From an uncultured Desulfosarcina sp. (lineage in GTDB: Bacteria; Desulfobacterota; Desulfobacteria; Desulfobacterales; Desulfosarcinaceae), in NCBI GenBank assembly GCA_963674945.2, contig CAXXWQ010000003.1, positions 736,001-800,000 on the forward strand: a stretch of DNA of 64,000 nt, in the 5' to 3' direction. This document shows, in pieces, positions 49,833 to 60,231 of this stretch; position 1 is the stretch's first letter; each line of letters begins with the position of its first letter. Under the pieces are notes generated by a model, which was not told the DNA's origin, made no database searches, and worked only from the letters and a program-made list of their open reading frames with translations. Both the position numbers and the translations under genes were made by a program.

Positions 49833-52460
49833 TTATTGCTGCCGGATTAGTTCACGGGCCGTTTCCAATGCCTGGTCCAGTTTTTCGGGTATCGTTCCGC
49901 CGGCCTGGGCCATATCGGGTCTTCCGCCGCCACCGCCACCGACCACACCGGCGATCTTTTTGATCATATTTCCGGCGTGAAATCTCTGGGTGAGGTCCTT
50001 TGTGACCACGACGATGAGAAGTGCCTTACCGTCGGTTTCACACCCCAACACCACAATCCCCGACCCGATCCGGTCCTTGAAGCGATCGGCCAATTCCCGC
50101 AAGGCAGACGGTTGGTCCACGGTTACCCGCCTGATCACCGTTGCGACGCCGCTGATCCGTTCGGTTGCGTCTTCTCCTTCTTCGGCCTGCATCTCGGCCA
50201 TCTTCGTTTTGAGTTGCGCGGCCTCCTTTTCCAGATTTTTCAACGTACGCATCATCGATTCCACCCGATTTACCATGGCATCGGGTTTGTCCTTGACGAG
50301 CTGGCTCAGCCGGGCAAGGGTTCGGCTGTTTTTTTGAACATGGGCCAAGGCACAATTTCCCGTGAGTGCTTCGATGCGCCGCACGCCGGATGCCACACTG
50401 GATTCGGAAAGGATCGTAAAAAGGCCGATGTCGCCGGTTCGACCGGTGTGTGTTCCGCCGCAAAGTTCCCGGCTGAAGGTAGAAAGGCTGACGACACGAA
50501 CCCTGTCGCCGTATTTCTCCTCGAACAGCGCCGTCGCACCGGAATCCATGGCCTGCTGCATCTCCATCTCCTGTGTCCCGACGGGGACATTTTGACGAAT
50601 GCGATCGTTGACGTAGGACTCGATTTTCTCCAACGTATCGGCATCGATCTGGGAAAAATGGGTGAAATCGAATCGAAGTCGATCGGACGCCACCAGAGAT
50701 CCGGCCTGTTTGACGTGCTCGCCGACGATCTGACGAAGGGCTGCATGCAGAATATGGGTGGCCGTGTGATTGCGGGCCACATCGGCCCGGTGGCCTTCAT
50801 TCACGGTGAGCATGACCGTTTGCCCGTATTCCAGTCTTCCCCTTTGGATCTTACCCTTGTGGATAATCATACCGGTGGGATCCTTGACCGTGTCGGTAAC
50901 CGCCATTTCCATGCCGGGTGCCGAGATGGTTCCCTGATCGCCCACCTGACCGCCGGCCTCACCGTAAAAAGGAGTAGCGGAGGTTACCACTTCCACCGAT
51001 GCATCCGCATCGGCAAAATCGACGGCCTCATTTTCTGCAACGATCAAAAGCACCCGGGCCTCACAGGAGAGGGTGCCGTATCCCACGAATTCTATGGATT
51101 CACCCGTTGCGCTCAGTTGCCGGTATGCATCGGATATACCGGTAAAGGTGATTTTGGAACGAGACTGTTTGCGTTGCTGATCCATACGACGTTGGAAACC
51201 TTGTGTGTCCAGGATCAGCCCCTCGTCCCGCACCACGTCTCTCACGATGTCCACGGGAAATCCGAAGGTATCATAGAGTTTGAAAATCAACTCACCGGGA
51301 ACCTCTTTCTCTCCTTTTGCCCGAATTTCCGCCAATGCATCGTTGAGTACCCGTAATCCGTTGTCCAGGGTTTCGGAGAATCGGACCTCCTCGTTTTCGA
51401 TCACGTTGGTGATGAAAGATGCGGCGGACTTGAGCTCGGGGTAGGCGGGCTCCATGATCTCGAACACCACCCGGGCGGTGTGGTGGAGAAAAGGCTGGGT
51501 CAAACCGATGTTGCGCCCATACCTGATGGCCCTTCGCATGATCCGTCGAAGTACGTATCCCCTTCCCTCGTTGGATGGCAATACGCCATCGCCAATGAGA
51601 AAAGCGGCGGCACGGCTGTGATCGGCGATCACCTTCATGGCAACATCGTCGGACTCGTTTTTCCCGTAAGGTTTTTCGGCCAGCGTTTCCGCGCACTGGA
51701 TGATGGGAAAGATCAAGTCCGTCTCGAAGTTATTGTTAACATTCTGGATGATGGAGGCCATACGCTCCAACCCGAGCCCCGTGTCGATACTCGGTTTGGG
51801 AAGGGGCGTCATGTTTCCGGCGTCATCTCTGTTGAACTGCATGAATACCAGGTTCCATATCTCCAGAAACCGGTCGCAATCACAAGCCACGTCACAATCC
51901 GGTCGTCCGCAACCGTATTGTGGCCCACGATCCAGGTGAACTTCGCTGCAGGGGCCGCATGGGCCGGTATCGCCCATGGCCCAGAAATTTTCCGACTCAC
52001 CCAATCGAATCATCCGCGATTCGGGGATACCGATGCGCCGGTGCCACAAATCATAGGCTTCGTCGTCATCCAGATAGACCGATGCCCAAAGCTTATCAGC
52101 CGGCAGGCCATAGCCGTTGGTCAATAGATCCCAGGCAAAGTCGACGGCCTTTTCCTTGAAGTAGTCACCGAAGGAAAAATTTCCGAGCATTTCGAAGAAG
52201 GTGTGGTGCCGGGCCGTATAACCGACATTTTCCAAGTCGTTGTGTTTCCCCCCGGCCCGCACACATTTCTGGGAGGACGCGGCGCGAACATAGTCCCGTT
52301 TCTCCTCTCCCAAAAAGGTCCGTTTGAACTGCACCATACCGGCATTGGTGAAGAGCAGTGTCGGGTCGTCCTGGGGGATCAAAGAAGAGCTTCGAACCAC
52401 CTGGTGGTCATGTTTCTTAAAATAATCGAGGTATCGTTTCCGGATTTCGTTACCGGTCAT
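49833..52460 (-). CDS. alaS: alanine--tRNA ligase
   Basis: DPTLLFTNAGM, HHTFFEMLGNFS, NHTATH, ELCGGTH, GGGGRPDMAQAGG. Confidence 0.97.
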   Translation of the reverse strand: MTGNEIRKRYLDYFKKHDHQVVRSSSLIPQDDPTLLFTNAGMVQFKRTFLGEEKRDYVRAASSQKCVRAGGKHNDLENVGYTARHHTFFEMLGNFSFGDYFKEKAVDFAWDLLTNGYGLPADKLWASVYLDDDEAYDLWHRRIGIPESRMIRLGESENFWAMGDTGPCGPCSEVHLDRGPQYGCGRPDCDVACDCDRFLEIWNLVFMQFNRDDAGNMTPLPKPSIDTGLGLERMASIIQNVNNNFETDLIFPIIQCAETLAEKPYGKNESDDVAMKVIADHSRAAAFLIGDGVLPSNEGRGYVLRRIMRRAIRYGRNIGLTQPFLHHTARVVFEIMEPAYPELKSAASFITNVIENEEVRFSETLDNGLRVLNDALAEIRAKGEKEVPGELIFKLYDTFGFPVDIVRDVVRDEGLILDTQGFQRRMDQQRKQSRSKITFTGISDAYRQLSATGESIEFVGYGTLSCEARVLLIVAENEAVDFADADASVEVVTSATPFYGEAGGQVGDQGTISAPGMEMAVTDTVKDPTGMIIHKGKIQRGRLEYGQTVMLTVNEGHRADVARNHTATHILHAALRQIVGEHVKQAGSLVASDRLRFDFTHFSQIDADTLEKIESYVNDRIRQNVPVGTQEMEMQQAMDSGATALFEEKYGDRVRVVSLSTFSRELCGGTHTGRTGDIGLFTILSESSVASGVRRIEALTGNCALAHVQKNSRTLARLSQLVKDKPDAMVNRVESMMRTLKNLEKEAAQLKTKMAEMQAEEGEDATERISGVATVIRRVTVDQPSALRELADRFKDRIGSGIVVLGCETDGKALLIVVVTKDLTQRFHAGNMIKKIAGVVGGGGGGRPDMAQAGGTIPEKLDQALETARELIRQQ

Positions 52461-52585
52461 AGCCAACTCCTTACGGGCTTTGGTTCATTTCCATGGTGTC
52501 CGAATCCATCTTTTTATCGTTTTGCCGCCTTTACGGCGTTTGCATTGTGATGATCAGAAAACCATGCATAATAGGAGCATATACG

Positions 52586-53629
52586 CTATTTTTCCTTTTT
52601 TCCTGTCTCTTCCTTCGCCGCCGTCGCCTCTGCCGGTATCAATCCAACTGCCTCGCGCACTTTTCGCCCGATGGTCTCGAACAGATCCAGGTTGTCCTGA
52701 AGGAACTTCTTCACGTTCTCCCGCCCCTGGCCGATGCGTTCCCCATTATAGGAATACCAGGAACCGCTTTTATCGATGATGCCGGCGTTCACGCCAACAT
52801 CCAACAGGTCGCCGGCCTGGGAGATCCCTTCCCCGTACATGATATCGAACTCCGCCTCTTTGAAAGGCGGCGCCATTTTGTTTTTCACCACCTTGACACG
52901 GGTACGGTTGCCCACCGTTTCCTGACCGTCTTTTATTGCACCGATACGACGGATGTCCAATCGGAGGGAAGAGTAAAACTTCAATGCGTTCCCACCGGTA
53001 GTGGTCTCGGGATTTCCGAACATGACACCGATTTTCATTCGAATCTGGTTGATGAAGATCACCGACGTCATGGTTTTTCCGATGGTGGCGGTAAGCTTGC
53101 GTAAGGCCTGGGACATGAGACGGGCCTGCAAACCCATATGGGCATCTCCCATTTCGCCTTCGATTTCCGCCCTGGGCACGAGGGCGGCCACGCTGTCGAT
53201 CACCATCACGTCGATGGCGCCGCTTCGCACCAGCATATCCGCAATCTCCAGAGCCTGCTCGCCGGTGTCGGGCTGGGACACCAACAGTTCATCACAATTA
53301 ACCCCCAATTTACGGGCGTAGACCGTATCCAGGGCATGTTCGGCGTCGATGAATGCAGCGATTCCGCCTCTTTTCTGGGCATTGGCCACCACATGGAGGG
53401 CGAGGGTCGTCTTGCCCGATGACTCGGGGCCGAAAATCTCGATCACGCGACCACGGGGAAGCCCGCCGATGCCCAAGGCCCGGTCCAACTCGATGGAGCC
53501 CGAAGAGATGGCGGGGACATCCTCCACGGGACGGTCTCCCAGCTTCATGATGGCGCCCTTGCCAAATTGTCTTTCAATCTGCCCCATGGCGGCGTTGACT
53601 GCCTTGGACTTATCCGATGAAATGGTCAT
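52586..53629 (-). CDS. recA: recombinase A
   Basis: [33 protein letters not shown]. Confidence 0.98.
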   Translation of the reverse strand: MTISSDKSKAVNAAMGQIERQFGKGAIMKLGDRPVEDVPAISSGSIELDRALGIGGLPRGRVIEIFGPESSGKTTLALHVVANAQKRGGIAAFIDAEHALDTVYARKLGVNCDELLVSQPDTGEQALEIADMLVRSGAIDVMVIDSVAALVPRAEIEGEMGDAHMGLQARLMSQALRKLTATIGKTMTSVIFINQIRMKIGVMFGNPETTTGGNALKFYSSLRLDIRRIGAIKDGQETVGNRTRVKVVKNKMAPPFKEAEFDIMYGEGISQAGDLLDVGVNAGIIDKSGSWYSYNGERIGQGRENVKKFLQDNLDLFETIGRKVREAVGLIPAEATAAKEETGKKEK

Positions 53630-53667
53630 TCCATTTTTTCCTTTCAAATAAGGAAGGTGGTTAAACG

Positions 53668-54261
53668 TTACTGGACCCGATCCTTTTCCTGTTTACACAA
53701 CTTGAATGCATGCAACATCGTATATTCGGCACCGGTGGGTTTCAAGACGCTTTTATACAACCCGATCTGTTCCACCATGAAGGTTTCAAAGATGTCCTCC
53801 CCAATGGTGTCCAGCGCCTTTTTTAAGCTGTCAGGATGGATTCGCCTTCGACTGCGGCCGATGGTCAGATGCGGAGAAAACGAACGCCGATCTCTTGGAA
53901 ATCCAATGGATTCGAGACCTTTTTCCAAATCAGCCTGAATCGAAACCAAATGATCCACATCGCCGGCGAGGCCAACCCACAAAACCCTGGCCTGACGACG
54001 ATCGGGAAAGGCGCCGATCCCTTTCACCGCAAGGGAAAAAGGCGAAGCACGCAAGGCAACTTCCCCCATTCGCACGATGATTTTTGAATTCTGCCCGGAA
54101 TCGATCTCACCGAGAAATTTCAGTGTCAAATGGATGTTTCCCACCGCTGCCCACCGAACATCCGGAAGCGATGGCTGAAGCCGTTGTTGCACGTCTCGTA
54201 AAAAACGTGCCACCGGCTCCGGGATGGAAACGGCAATGAAAGTACGTTGGGTCTTTGCCAT
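53668..54261 (-). CDS. thpR: RNA 2',3'-cyclic phosphodiesterase (2H family)
   Basis: [13 protein letters not shown] and PHLTIGR motifs; upstream of recA. Confidence 0.9.
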   Translation of the reverse strand: MAKTQRTFIAVSIPEPVARFLRDVQQRLQPSLPDVRWAAVGNIHLTLKFLGEIDSGQNSKIIVRMGEVALRASPFSLAVKGIGAFPDRRQARVLWVGLAGDVDHLVSIQADLEKGLESIGFPRDRRSFSPHLTIGRSRRRIHPDSLKKALDTIGEDIFETFMVEQIGLYKSVLKPTGAEYTMLHAFKLCKQEKDRVQ

Positions 54262-54312
54262 TGCGGTACCACGTTCATCCGTTATTGCTTCAGCTCATTA
54301 CGATTTGACGGA

Positions 54313-55482
54313 TCACATTCTCGGAAGAGTGAACTGGGGCTCACCCAGTTCGAAGGTACCAGAGGAGATCCACTTTTGTAGCGTCTGCGCGATCTTTCGG
54401 GCTCTTACCATACTGGAAAGCGGAACGGTCTGCACCTTCTGGCCCTTTATGGTGATGCTGCCGCTTTTCAGTTGCGCGTAACTCACCTGGCCCAGATCGC
54501 TTGTTTTTCCGCTGGGATAGTCCTTTCCGTAGTCTACGATCTGGGTAAAGAGTTCTTCGTCGGAGACGGCCGTATATTGGGCCATCTCTTCGTTGAGAAT
54601 AGGAATGGGAATGCCGAGACCGACTGCCAAGGAGCACCCGTAGCCCTGGATGCTGACCCCAACCAACCATTCCGGCTGCATCTGTTTCAGGTCTCCCATT
54701 ACCCACAGGGTTCCCGCCGGGCTTACAGGGGTCCCGTTGCCGGCCCGCTTCACCACGGGCTTGTGCTGGGTGCCATGCCAGGTGACGTAACCGACACCGC
54801 CGCCGAGGAAGATCCGCGTACCCAGGCCGATGGTTCGATAGAACGGATCGTTGAACAGCGGACTCAGTTGTCCCGCAGAGCAGTAGTTGGCATTGGCGAG
54901 CTTGGGTTTCAGCGTTCCCATGTAAGTATAAACGGTTTTGTTGGTCATGTTGACCGCACAGTTGTAATTCTGGTAACCGTTTCTCGGGTTGCACAAGGTG
55001 GCCTGGGGCAAGGTCTCCAGGGTCACGGTCTTTTCATATGCACGACTTGGATAACAGTCGGTTCCGTAGGCGGTGGCTTTCATATAGACCTTTTTCCCCG
55101 CCACCAGATCCTGGATCACGTGACCGCCACCGTATCGAAATTCCCCGGGGTACACCTTGTTGAGCGGGTCATCCTCGCATGGCTCTGTCGCCCCGAGGTA
55201 GCAGTCCACCGCGGCAATACCGCCATAGGCAGGCACGTTGTTGAACCATACACGGCTCGCCTTTGTCCCGGGCGTGGAGTGGCCGAAATTGATGAACGCA
55301 CCGGACGAGCACATGGGAGCGAAAGTACCCGTCGTCACGACATCGACCTGGGCGGCGGCCTCTTTGGGCCCATTCTCCTTGACGATATCGATCATCTCCT
55401 CGGCGGTGACCACCACTACGTCGCCGGATCGTATCTTTTCGTTAATCTGTTGGTACGTTTTCTGAACTGTGTATTTTCCCAT
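54313..55482 (-). CDS. DUF39 homocysteine biosynthesis protein (aspartate-semialdehyde sulfurtransferase, MA1821-like)
   Basis: INEKI..VVTAEEM, VDVVTTGTFAPMCSSG, YGGGHVI, NPRNGYQNY, SPLFNDP. Confidence 0.85.
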   Translation of the reverse strand: MGKYTVQKTYQQINEKIRSGDVVVVTAEEMIDIVKENGPKEAAAQVDVVTTGTFAPMCSSGAFINFGHSTPGTKASRVWFNNVPAYGGIAAVDCYLGATEPCEDDPLNKVYPGEFRYGGGHVIQDLVAGKKVYMKATAYGTDCYPSRAYEKTVTLETLPQATLCNPRNGYQNYNCAVNMTNKTVYTYMGTLKPKLANANYCSAGQLSPLFNDPFYRTIGLGTRIFLGGGVGYVTWHGTQHKPVVKRAGNGTPVSPAGTLWVMGDLKQMQPEWLVGVSIQGYGCSLAVGLGIPIPILNEEMAQYTAVSDEELFTQIVDYGKDYPSGKTSDLGQVSYAQLKSGSITIKGQKVQTVPLSSMVRARKIAQTLQKWISSGTFELGEPQFTLPRM

Positions 55483-55499
55483 TGCGCCGTTCACTCCTG

Positions 55500-56891
55500 T
55501 CAGGGTCCCGCGTCTTCAATCTTGGCGCTGACATTGTTTTGGATCCATGTGGCATCCCACCATTCGATGGGATTTACATACGTCTGGTCGATCAGCATAC
55601 CGTAATGGAGGTGGTCACCACCGGCCAAACCGGTCATCCCCGTATTTCCAATGATATCCCCTTTCTCGACCATTTTGCCTTGGGTAACGTCGATTCGGCT
55701 TAAATGGGAGTAAAGGGAGAATAACCCGAAACCATGGTCAATAATAACGGTATTGCCATAAATTCCCTGGTTGCCGGTAAAGGCCACCTTCCCGCGGTTG
55801 GCCGCCGGTACGGAGGATTGGGCCGTGGAAGCCAGGTCGATTCCCATGTGATACTGGCGATCGATCACCTTCCCGCTGTAAAAATAGGTTCTGTGATCGG
55901 CGAACCGTGCCCGGTTGGCCGACCGTGGCAGGCGTAAAAATGGACCGTCCCACAGGATCTGTTTTTCCGTTTTCGCGGTAATCCGGTATACAGCATCCGT
56001 ATCCCTTTGGCGAAGTTCCCGGTTGACCTTCAGGAAGAGTTCCAGGCGACTTCCGCCGGCCAACTCAGGAAAATAGCTCTCGAAATCAACCATCTTCGTA
56101 TTCAGAAAGGTATCGGTGATGTTAATTACGTCCTTCCGAAAGGACCGTGCGTTGATATGGTGTACGAGACCCGCGGTCGATCGGTTGCCGGCACGATCCT
56201 CTGCCGTTACGGTTATCTGGGTCCCCTTGCCCTGTCGATGGTCCAGGGCGAAAAAGGCCAGGTGAACGGCCTTGTCCTGGAAATTTCCGGCAAAGCCCGG
56301 ATAGAATCGGTCGTCCACCGACAAGCCGCTCTTTGGACATTCCTCGGACACCCTATAAATCGCCACACCACTTCCCCCCTGGGCAATATTGTGCGACCTG
56401 CTGATCATGTCGATGGTCGGTGGTTTCGTGTCGATCTCGATCTCTTTTTCCAAATAGACCCGATTGCCCTTTCCCCATTTTCGCAAGGAATAATCCCACG
56501 CCGCGATTCGGATGACGCCCTTTCCGTCGGGCAGCCCCAAATCCTTGGGAGAGACGGTGGTCTTCACTTTTACCGTGTTTTCCTTACCGCCGGCAAAAAA
56601 GCCTGCCGAAGGAAAGGTACGCTGCAGCAGTTCGACCTCGCGGTCCTGTGTCAACAGGCTCATCCAGACCTTTCGAATCCCGCTGCCCTCATCGCTGACC
56701 GACACGCTGATCTCGCGTGTTGCACCGATATAGATGGAATCGAGTCCGATTTCGAGCGTGGGAGCGGTGCCCTCCATTCGGATGATGGCCAGCCAAACGG
56801 CGGGGATACTGACCAACAGGATCACGATGATGATTAAGATGAGTTTGAAGGAACTTTTTTTATTCTTCAACAGGCGACACCCTTTCAACAA
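55500..56891 (-). CDS. M23 family peptidase, membrane-anchored (start uncertain)
   Basis: N-terminal TM; HMGID, YGNTVIIDHG, YSHL, GDHLHY. Confidence 0.9.
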   Translation of the reverse strand: MLKGCRLLKNKKSSFKLILIIIVILLVSIPAVWLAIIRMEGTAPTLEIGLDSIYIGATREISVSVSDEGSGIRKVWMSLLTQDREVELLQRTFPSAGFFAGGKENTVKVKTTVSPKDLGLPDGKGVIRIAAWDYSLRKWGKGNRVYLEKEIEIDTKPPTIDMISRSHNIAQGGSGVAIYRVSEECPKSGLSVDDRFYPGFAGNFQDKAVHLAFFALDHRQGKGTQITVTAEDRAGNRSTAGLVHHINARSFRKDVINITDTFLNTKMVDFESYFPELAGGSRLELFLKVNRELRQRDTDAVYRITAKTEKQILWDGPFLRLPRSANRARFADHRTYFYSGKVIDRQYHMGIDLASTAQSSVPAANRGKVAFTGNQGIYGNTVIIDHGFGLFSLYSHLSRIDVTQGKMVEKGDIIGNTGMTGLAGGDHLHYGMLIDQTYVNPIEWWDATWIQNNVSAKIEDAGP

Positions 56892-56927
56892 TCCGCAGTT
56901 ACCGTTTTGTTGTCATCCAAATTGTTG

Positions 56928-56956
56928 ACCTTACCAGCAACGCCAATGGTAGTCAA
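56928..56956 (-). promoter_or_regulatory. sigma70-type promoter of the M23 gene (divergent from kdsA)
   Basis: TTGACT-N17-TAAGGT on the minus strand. Confidence 0.45.
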
Positions 56957-57043
56957 CGGCTCAATTTTTCACAACTTGACTTTTTAACCGCCTGAGGTTA
57001 CATAGGAAAAACCAATTTACTTCTTCAGCAGAAGTGAGATGAA

Positions 57044-57832
57044 ATGAAACCGAAAATTCCCTTTTTTCTGATCTGTGGGCCCTGTGTCATCGAAGATGAG
57101 GCCATGGCCCTGAGAACAGCCGCACGAATCAAGACGATAACGGATCGCCTTGAAATTCCCTTCACTTTCAAGGCGTCCTACGATAAGGCCAACCGCAGTG
57201 CCATCACTTCCTACAGGGGACCGGGGATGAAAGAGGGGCTGCGGATACTGGCCAGGGTCAAAGAGGAATTGGGCATTCCCCTTTTATCGGATGTTCATCG
57301 CATCCAAGAGGTGCAGCCGGCGGCCGAAATTCTCGACTATATTCAGATTCCGGCGTTTCTCTGCCGCCAGACCGATCTGATCCTGGCAGTGGCCAGAGCC
57401 GGAAAGCCGATAAATGTCAAAAAGGGACAGTTTCTGGCGCCATGGGACATGGTCAACATCATCGAAAAGATACGTTCGGTGTCCAGCATCACTCCCATGA
57501 TTACCGAACGTGGGGTTATGTTCGGATACAACAACCTGGTCGTCGATTTCAGGGGAATCCGAATCATGCAGCAGACCGGATGCCCGGTGATATTCGACGC
57601 CACCCACAGCGTCCAATTGCCCGGCGGGAAGGGAACCAGTTCCGGAGGCCAGCGGGAATTCGCACCGATCCTCGCACGCGCGGCAATCGCAGCCGGTGCC
57701 GATGGTGTTTTTATCGAAGTTCACGAAAACCCGGACGAAGCTCTTTGTGACGGCCCCAACTCGCTGCCCTTGGACCAGTTGCCCGGCCTTCTCGAACAAC
57801 TCATCGCCATCAAAGCAGCAGTACACCCTTGA
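57044..57832 (+). CDS. kdsA: KDO 8-phosphate synthase
   Basis: [39 protein letters not shown]. Confidence 0.97.
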   Translation: MKPKIPFFLICGPCVIEDEAMALRTAARIKTITDRLEIPFTFKASYDKANRSAITSYRGPGMKEGLRILARVKEELGIPLLSDVHRIQEVQPAAEILDYIQIPAFLCRQTDLILAVARAGKPINVKKGQFLAPWDMVNIIEKIRSVSSITPMITERGVMFGYNNLVVDFRGIRIMQQTGCPVIFDATHSVQLPGGKGTSSGGQREFAPILARAAIAAGADGVFIEVHENPDEALCDGPNSLPLDQLPGLLEQLIAIKAAVHP

Positions 57833-57841
57833 TATTGCCCC

Positions 57842-58360
57842 ATGACCGACAGACTCCTCGCACATATCGATCTCGTATTGTTGGATGTGGATGGCGTTTT
57901 GACGACCGGACAAATCATTTACGACGATTCGGGGTTGGAAACCAAGATCTTTCACGTACGTGACGGCCTTGGCATTCGGTTGCTCATGGAAGCGGGCATC
58001 CGGGTCGGCATCGTAACCGGCCGTAGCTGCCCGGCATTGCGCCATCGATGTAAAAACCTGGGGCTGACCCTCGTCAAAGACGGAATTCATGACAAGGCAG
58101 CGGCCCTGAATGAAATCTTGGAAGAAACCGGTGTTTCGTCGAAAAATACGGCATTTGTCGGAGACGATTTGCCGGATTTGCCCATCATGGACCGTGTCGG
58201 CGTTCCTGTTGCGGTGGGAGATGCCCATGAACTCGTGAAAAAAAGGGCTGTAATCACAACCCGAGCCAAGGGAGGCTGTGGTGCGATACGGGAAATCGGC
58301 GAGCGGATTCTCAAAGCCAGGGGGGATTGGGAACCGTTGATCGAAAGGCTCTTTTCATGA
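57842..58360 (+). CDS. kdsC: KDO 8-phosphate phosphatase
   Basis: DVDGVLT, RDGLG, VGDDLPD, GGCGAIRE. Confidence 0.93.
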   Translation: MTDRLLAHIDLVLLDVDGVLTTGQIIYDDSGLETKIFHVRDGLGIRLLMEAGIRVGIVTGRSCPALRHRCKNLGLTLVKDGIHDKAAALNEILEETGVSSKNTAFVGDDLPDLPIMDRVGVPVAVGDAHELVKKRAVITTRAKGGCGAIREIGERILKARGDWEPLIERLFS

Positions 58361-58926
58361 TACGACGCCGTTTTTTTCGAAGGATTTTGCTGGCCGTCGT
58401 CCTTGTCTTTGTGGCGGCCGTCGCCTCGGTTTTTATCGGATATCGCCGCATGATCCAGGATCCTGCGGCGCTGTTGGAACAGGTGAAAAACGATGCGGAC
58501 ATGCATCTTAATCGGATCCAACAAACCGCCATGAAAAACGGCATTCAAGAGTGGCGTCTGGATGCCTCTTCCGCGACCTTATTGGAAAAAGAGAAAACCA
58601 TGCTGCTCACCAATCCGGAGGTGGAATTTTTCATGAAAGATGGTGACACGTTGTATCTTACGGCACGCCAGGGAAAAATTTTCACCGACTCCAACCGTTT
58701 GTCTGTTCAAGGAGAGGTGGCGGCCAAGACCAATTTGTACCGGTTTTACACCGAATCACTGGACTACGACCCGGTTACGCGACAACTACGCGCCGAAACA
58801 CCGGTGACCATTTCCAGTGAGTCATTCTCTCTTACGGCAAACCGGATGGCACTTGAGATTGAAACCAACATTACGCGATTCGAAGGCGAAGTAAAAGGAA
58901 CCATCAGTGAAAATCTCGCGCTATAG
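58357..58926 (+). CDS. lptC: LPS export protein LptC
   Basis: N-terminal TM plus beta-jellyroll-like region; lies between kdsC and lptA; ATGA overlap. Confidence 0.82.
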   Translation: MIRRRFFRRILLAVVLVFVAAVASVFIGYRRMIQDPAALLEQVKNDADMHLNRIQQTAMKNGIQEWRLDASSATLLEKEKTMLLTNPEVEFFMKDGDTLYLTARQGKIFTDSNRLSVQGEVAAKTNLYRFYTESLDYDPVTRQLRAETPVTISSESFSLTANRMALEIETNITRFEGEVKGTISENLAL

Positions 58927-59476
58927 GTCTTCCCTGCCTTGGGAAAAGACCGTGATATTTGCCTTTGGGCTCATCGCTTGGTGGTCCATGGTCGTTGTGG
59001 CACAGAAGAACATCGATACCGGCGGCCCGCCGTCGGATCCAGAGGCCGACAAGATCCACATCAGCGCCCAACGACTCATTTCCAATACCACGGAAAACCA
59101 GGCCGAATTCATTGGCGACGTCAAGGCATGGCAGGGAGAAACATCGATCACCGCCGATCGTTTACAATTTTTTTTTTCTGCCGATAATAAAGTAAAAGGA
59201 AATTCTCCAACCCAGAATTTGGAGAAACTGGTGGCTACGGGAAACGTTGAAATTAAATTTGATAATAGGCTTGCCGTTGCCAGACAGGCAGTATATATAA
59301 CAGCACAACGAAAGCTGATCCTGACCGGCCCGGATGCCACGGTGACCAGCGATGAAAATACCGTTACCGGACAAACCATCACCTTTTATCGTGATGAAGG
59401 TCGGTTTACCGTGGACGGGGGGGATGATGGTCGGGTCAAAGCCGTGATCCTTCCGGAAGCATCGGGATTGGAGTAG
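58907..59476 (+). CDS. lptA: LPS transport periplasmic protein LptA
   Basis: IHISAQRL..AEFIGDVKAWQG..ITADRL..ATGNV. Confidence 0.85.
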   Translation: MKISRYRSSLPWEKTVIFAFGLIAWWSMVVVAQKNIDTGGPPSDPEADKIHISAQRLISNTTENQAEFIGDVKAWQGETSITADRLQFFFSADNKVKGNSPTQNLEKLVATGNVEIKFDNRLAVARQAVYITAQRKLILTGPDATVTSDENTVTGQTITFYRDEGRFTVDGGDDGRVKAVILPEASGLE

Positions 59477-59507
59477 CCGTGAATCCGTACACTGGGGATG
59501 ATAGCCG

Positions 59508-60230
59508 ATGACCACCTTGTCCGTCCGGGACTTGGTCAAGGTGTACCGGGGGCGAAAGGTCGTTGACCGGGTCAGCTTGAGCGTGGAAAGCGGACAGGTG
59601 ATCGGGCTCTTAGGCCCCAACGGCGCAGGAAAAACCACCACTTTTTATATGATGGTGGGAATGGTTCGACCCGATGGCGGCAAGGTATTTTTGGATGATC
59701 TGGACGTCACCTTGTTCCCCATGCACCTGCGGGCGCAAAAAGGAGTGGGATATCTGCCCCAGGAGGCCTCCATCTTCAGGAAGTTGACCGTTCGTCAAAA
59801 TGTTCTGGCGATCCTGGAGACACGTTCTTTGACCCGAAGGCAGCGTCTTGAACGCACCGACCGACTGCTTGCGGAATTGGGAATTTCCCATGTGGCGAAC
59901 TCCAAAGCAGCGGTTCTGTCCGGAGGAGAGCGCCGCCGCCTGGAAATCACCCGGGCACTGGCCACGGATCCATCATTCATGTTGTTAGACGAGCCATTTG
60001 CCGGCATCGATCCGCTTGCGGTAATTGACATCAAGAAAATTATCGCCCATTTAAAGGACAGAAACATCGGTATTCTCATATCCGATCACAATGTTAGGGA
60101 AACCTTGGGCGCCTGTGACCAGGCGTTCATATTAAGCGATGGAAAGGTAATTGAATCCGGGACTCCGAAGGTGATCGCTTCGAGCGAGATCGCACGGCGT
60201 ATCTATTTGGGAGACGAATTTAGATTGTAA
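59508..60230 (+). CDS. lptB: LPS export ABC ATPase
   Basis: GPNGAGKTT, YLPQEASIF, LSGGERRR, DEPFAGIDP. Confidence 0.96.
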   Translation: MTTLSVRDLVKVYRGRKVVDRVSLSVESGQVIGLLGPNGAGKTTTFYMMVGMVRPDGGKVFLDDLDVTLFPMHLRAQKGVGYLPQEASIFRKLTVRQNVLAILETRSLTRRQRLERTDRLLAELGISHVANSKAAVLSGGERRRLEITRALATDPSFMLLDEPFAGIDPLAVIDIKKIIAHLKDRNIGILISDHNVRETLGACDQAFILSDGKVIESGTPKVIASSEIARRIYLGDEFRL

Positions 60231-60231
60231 G

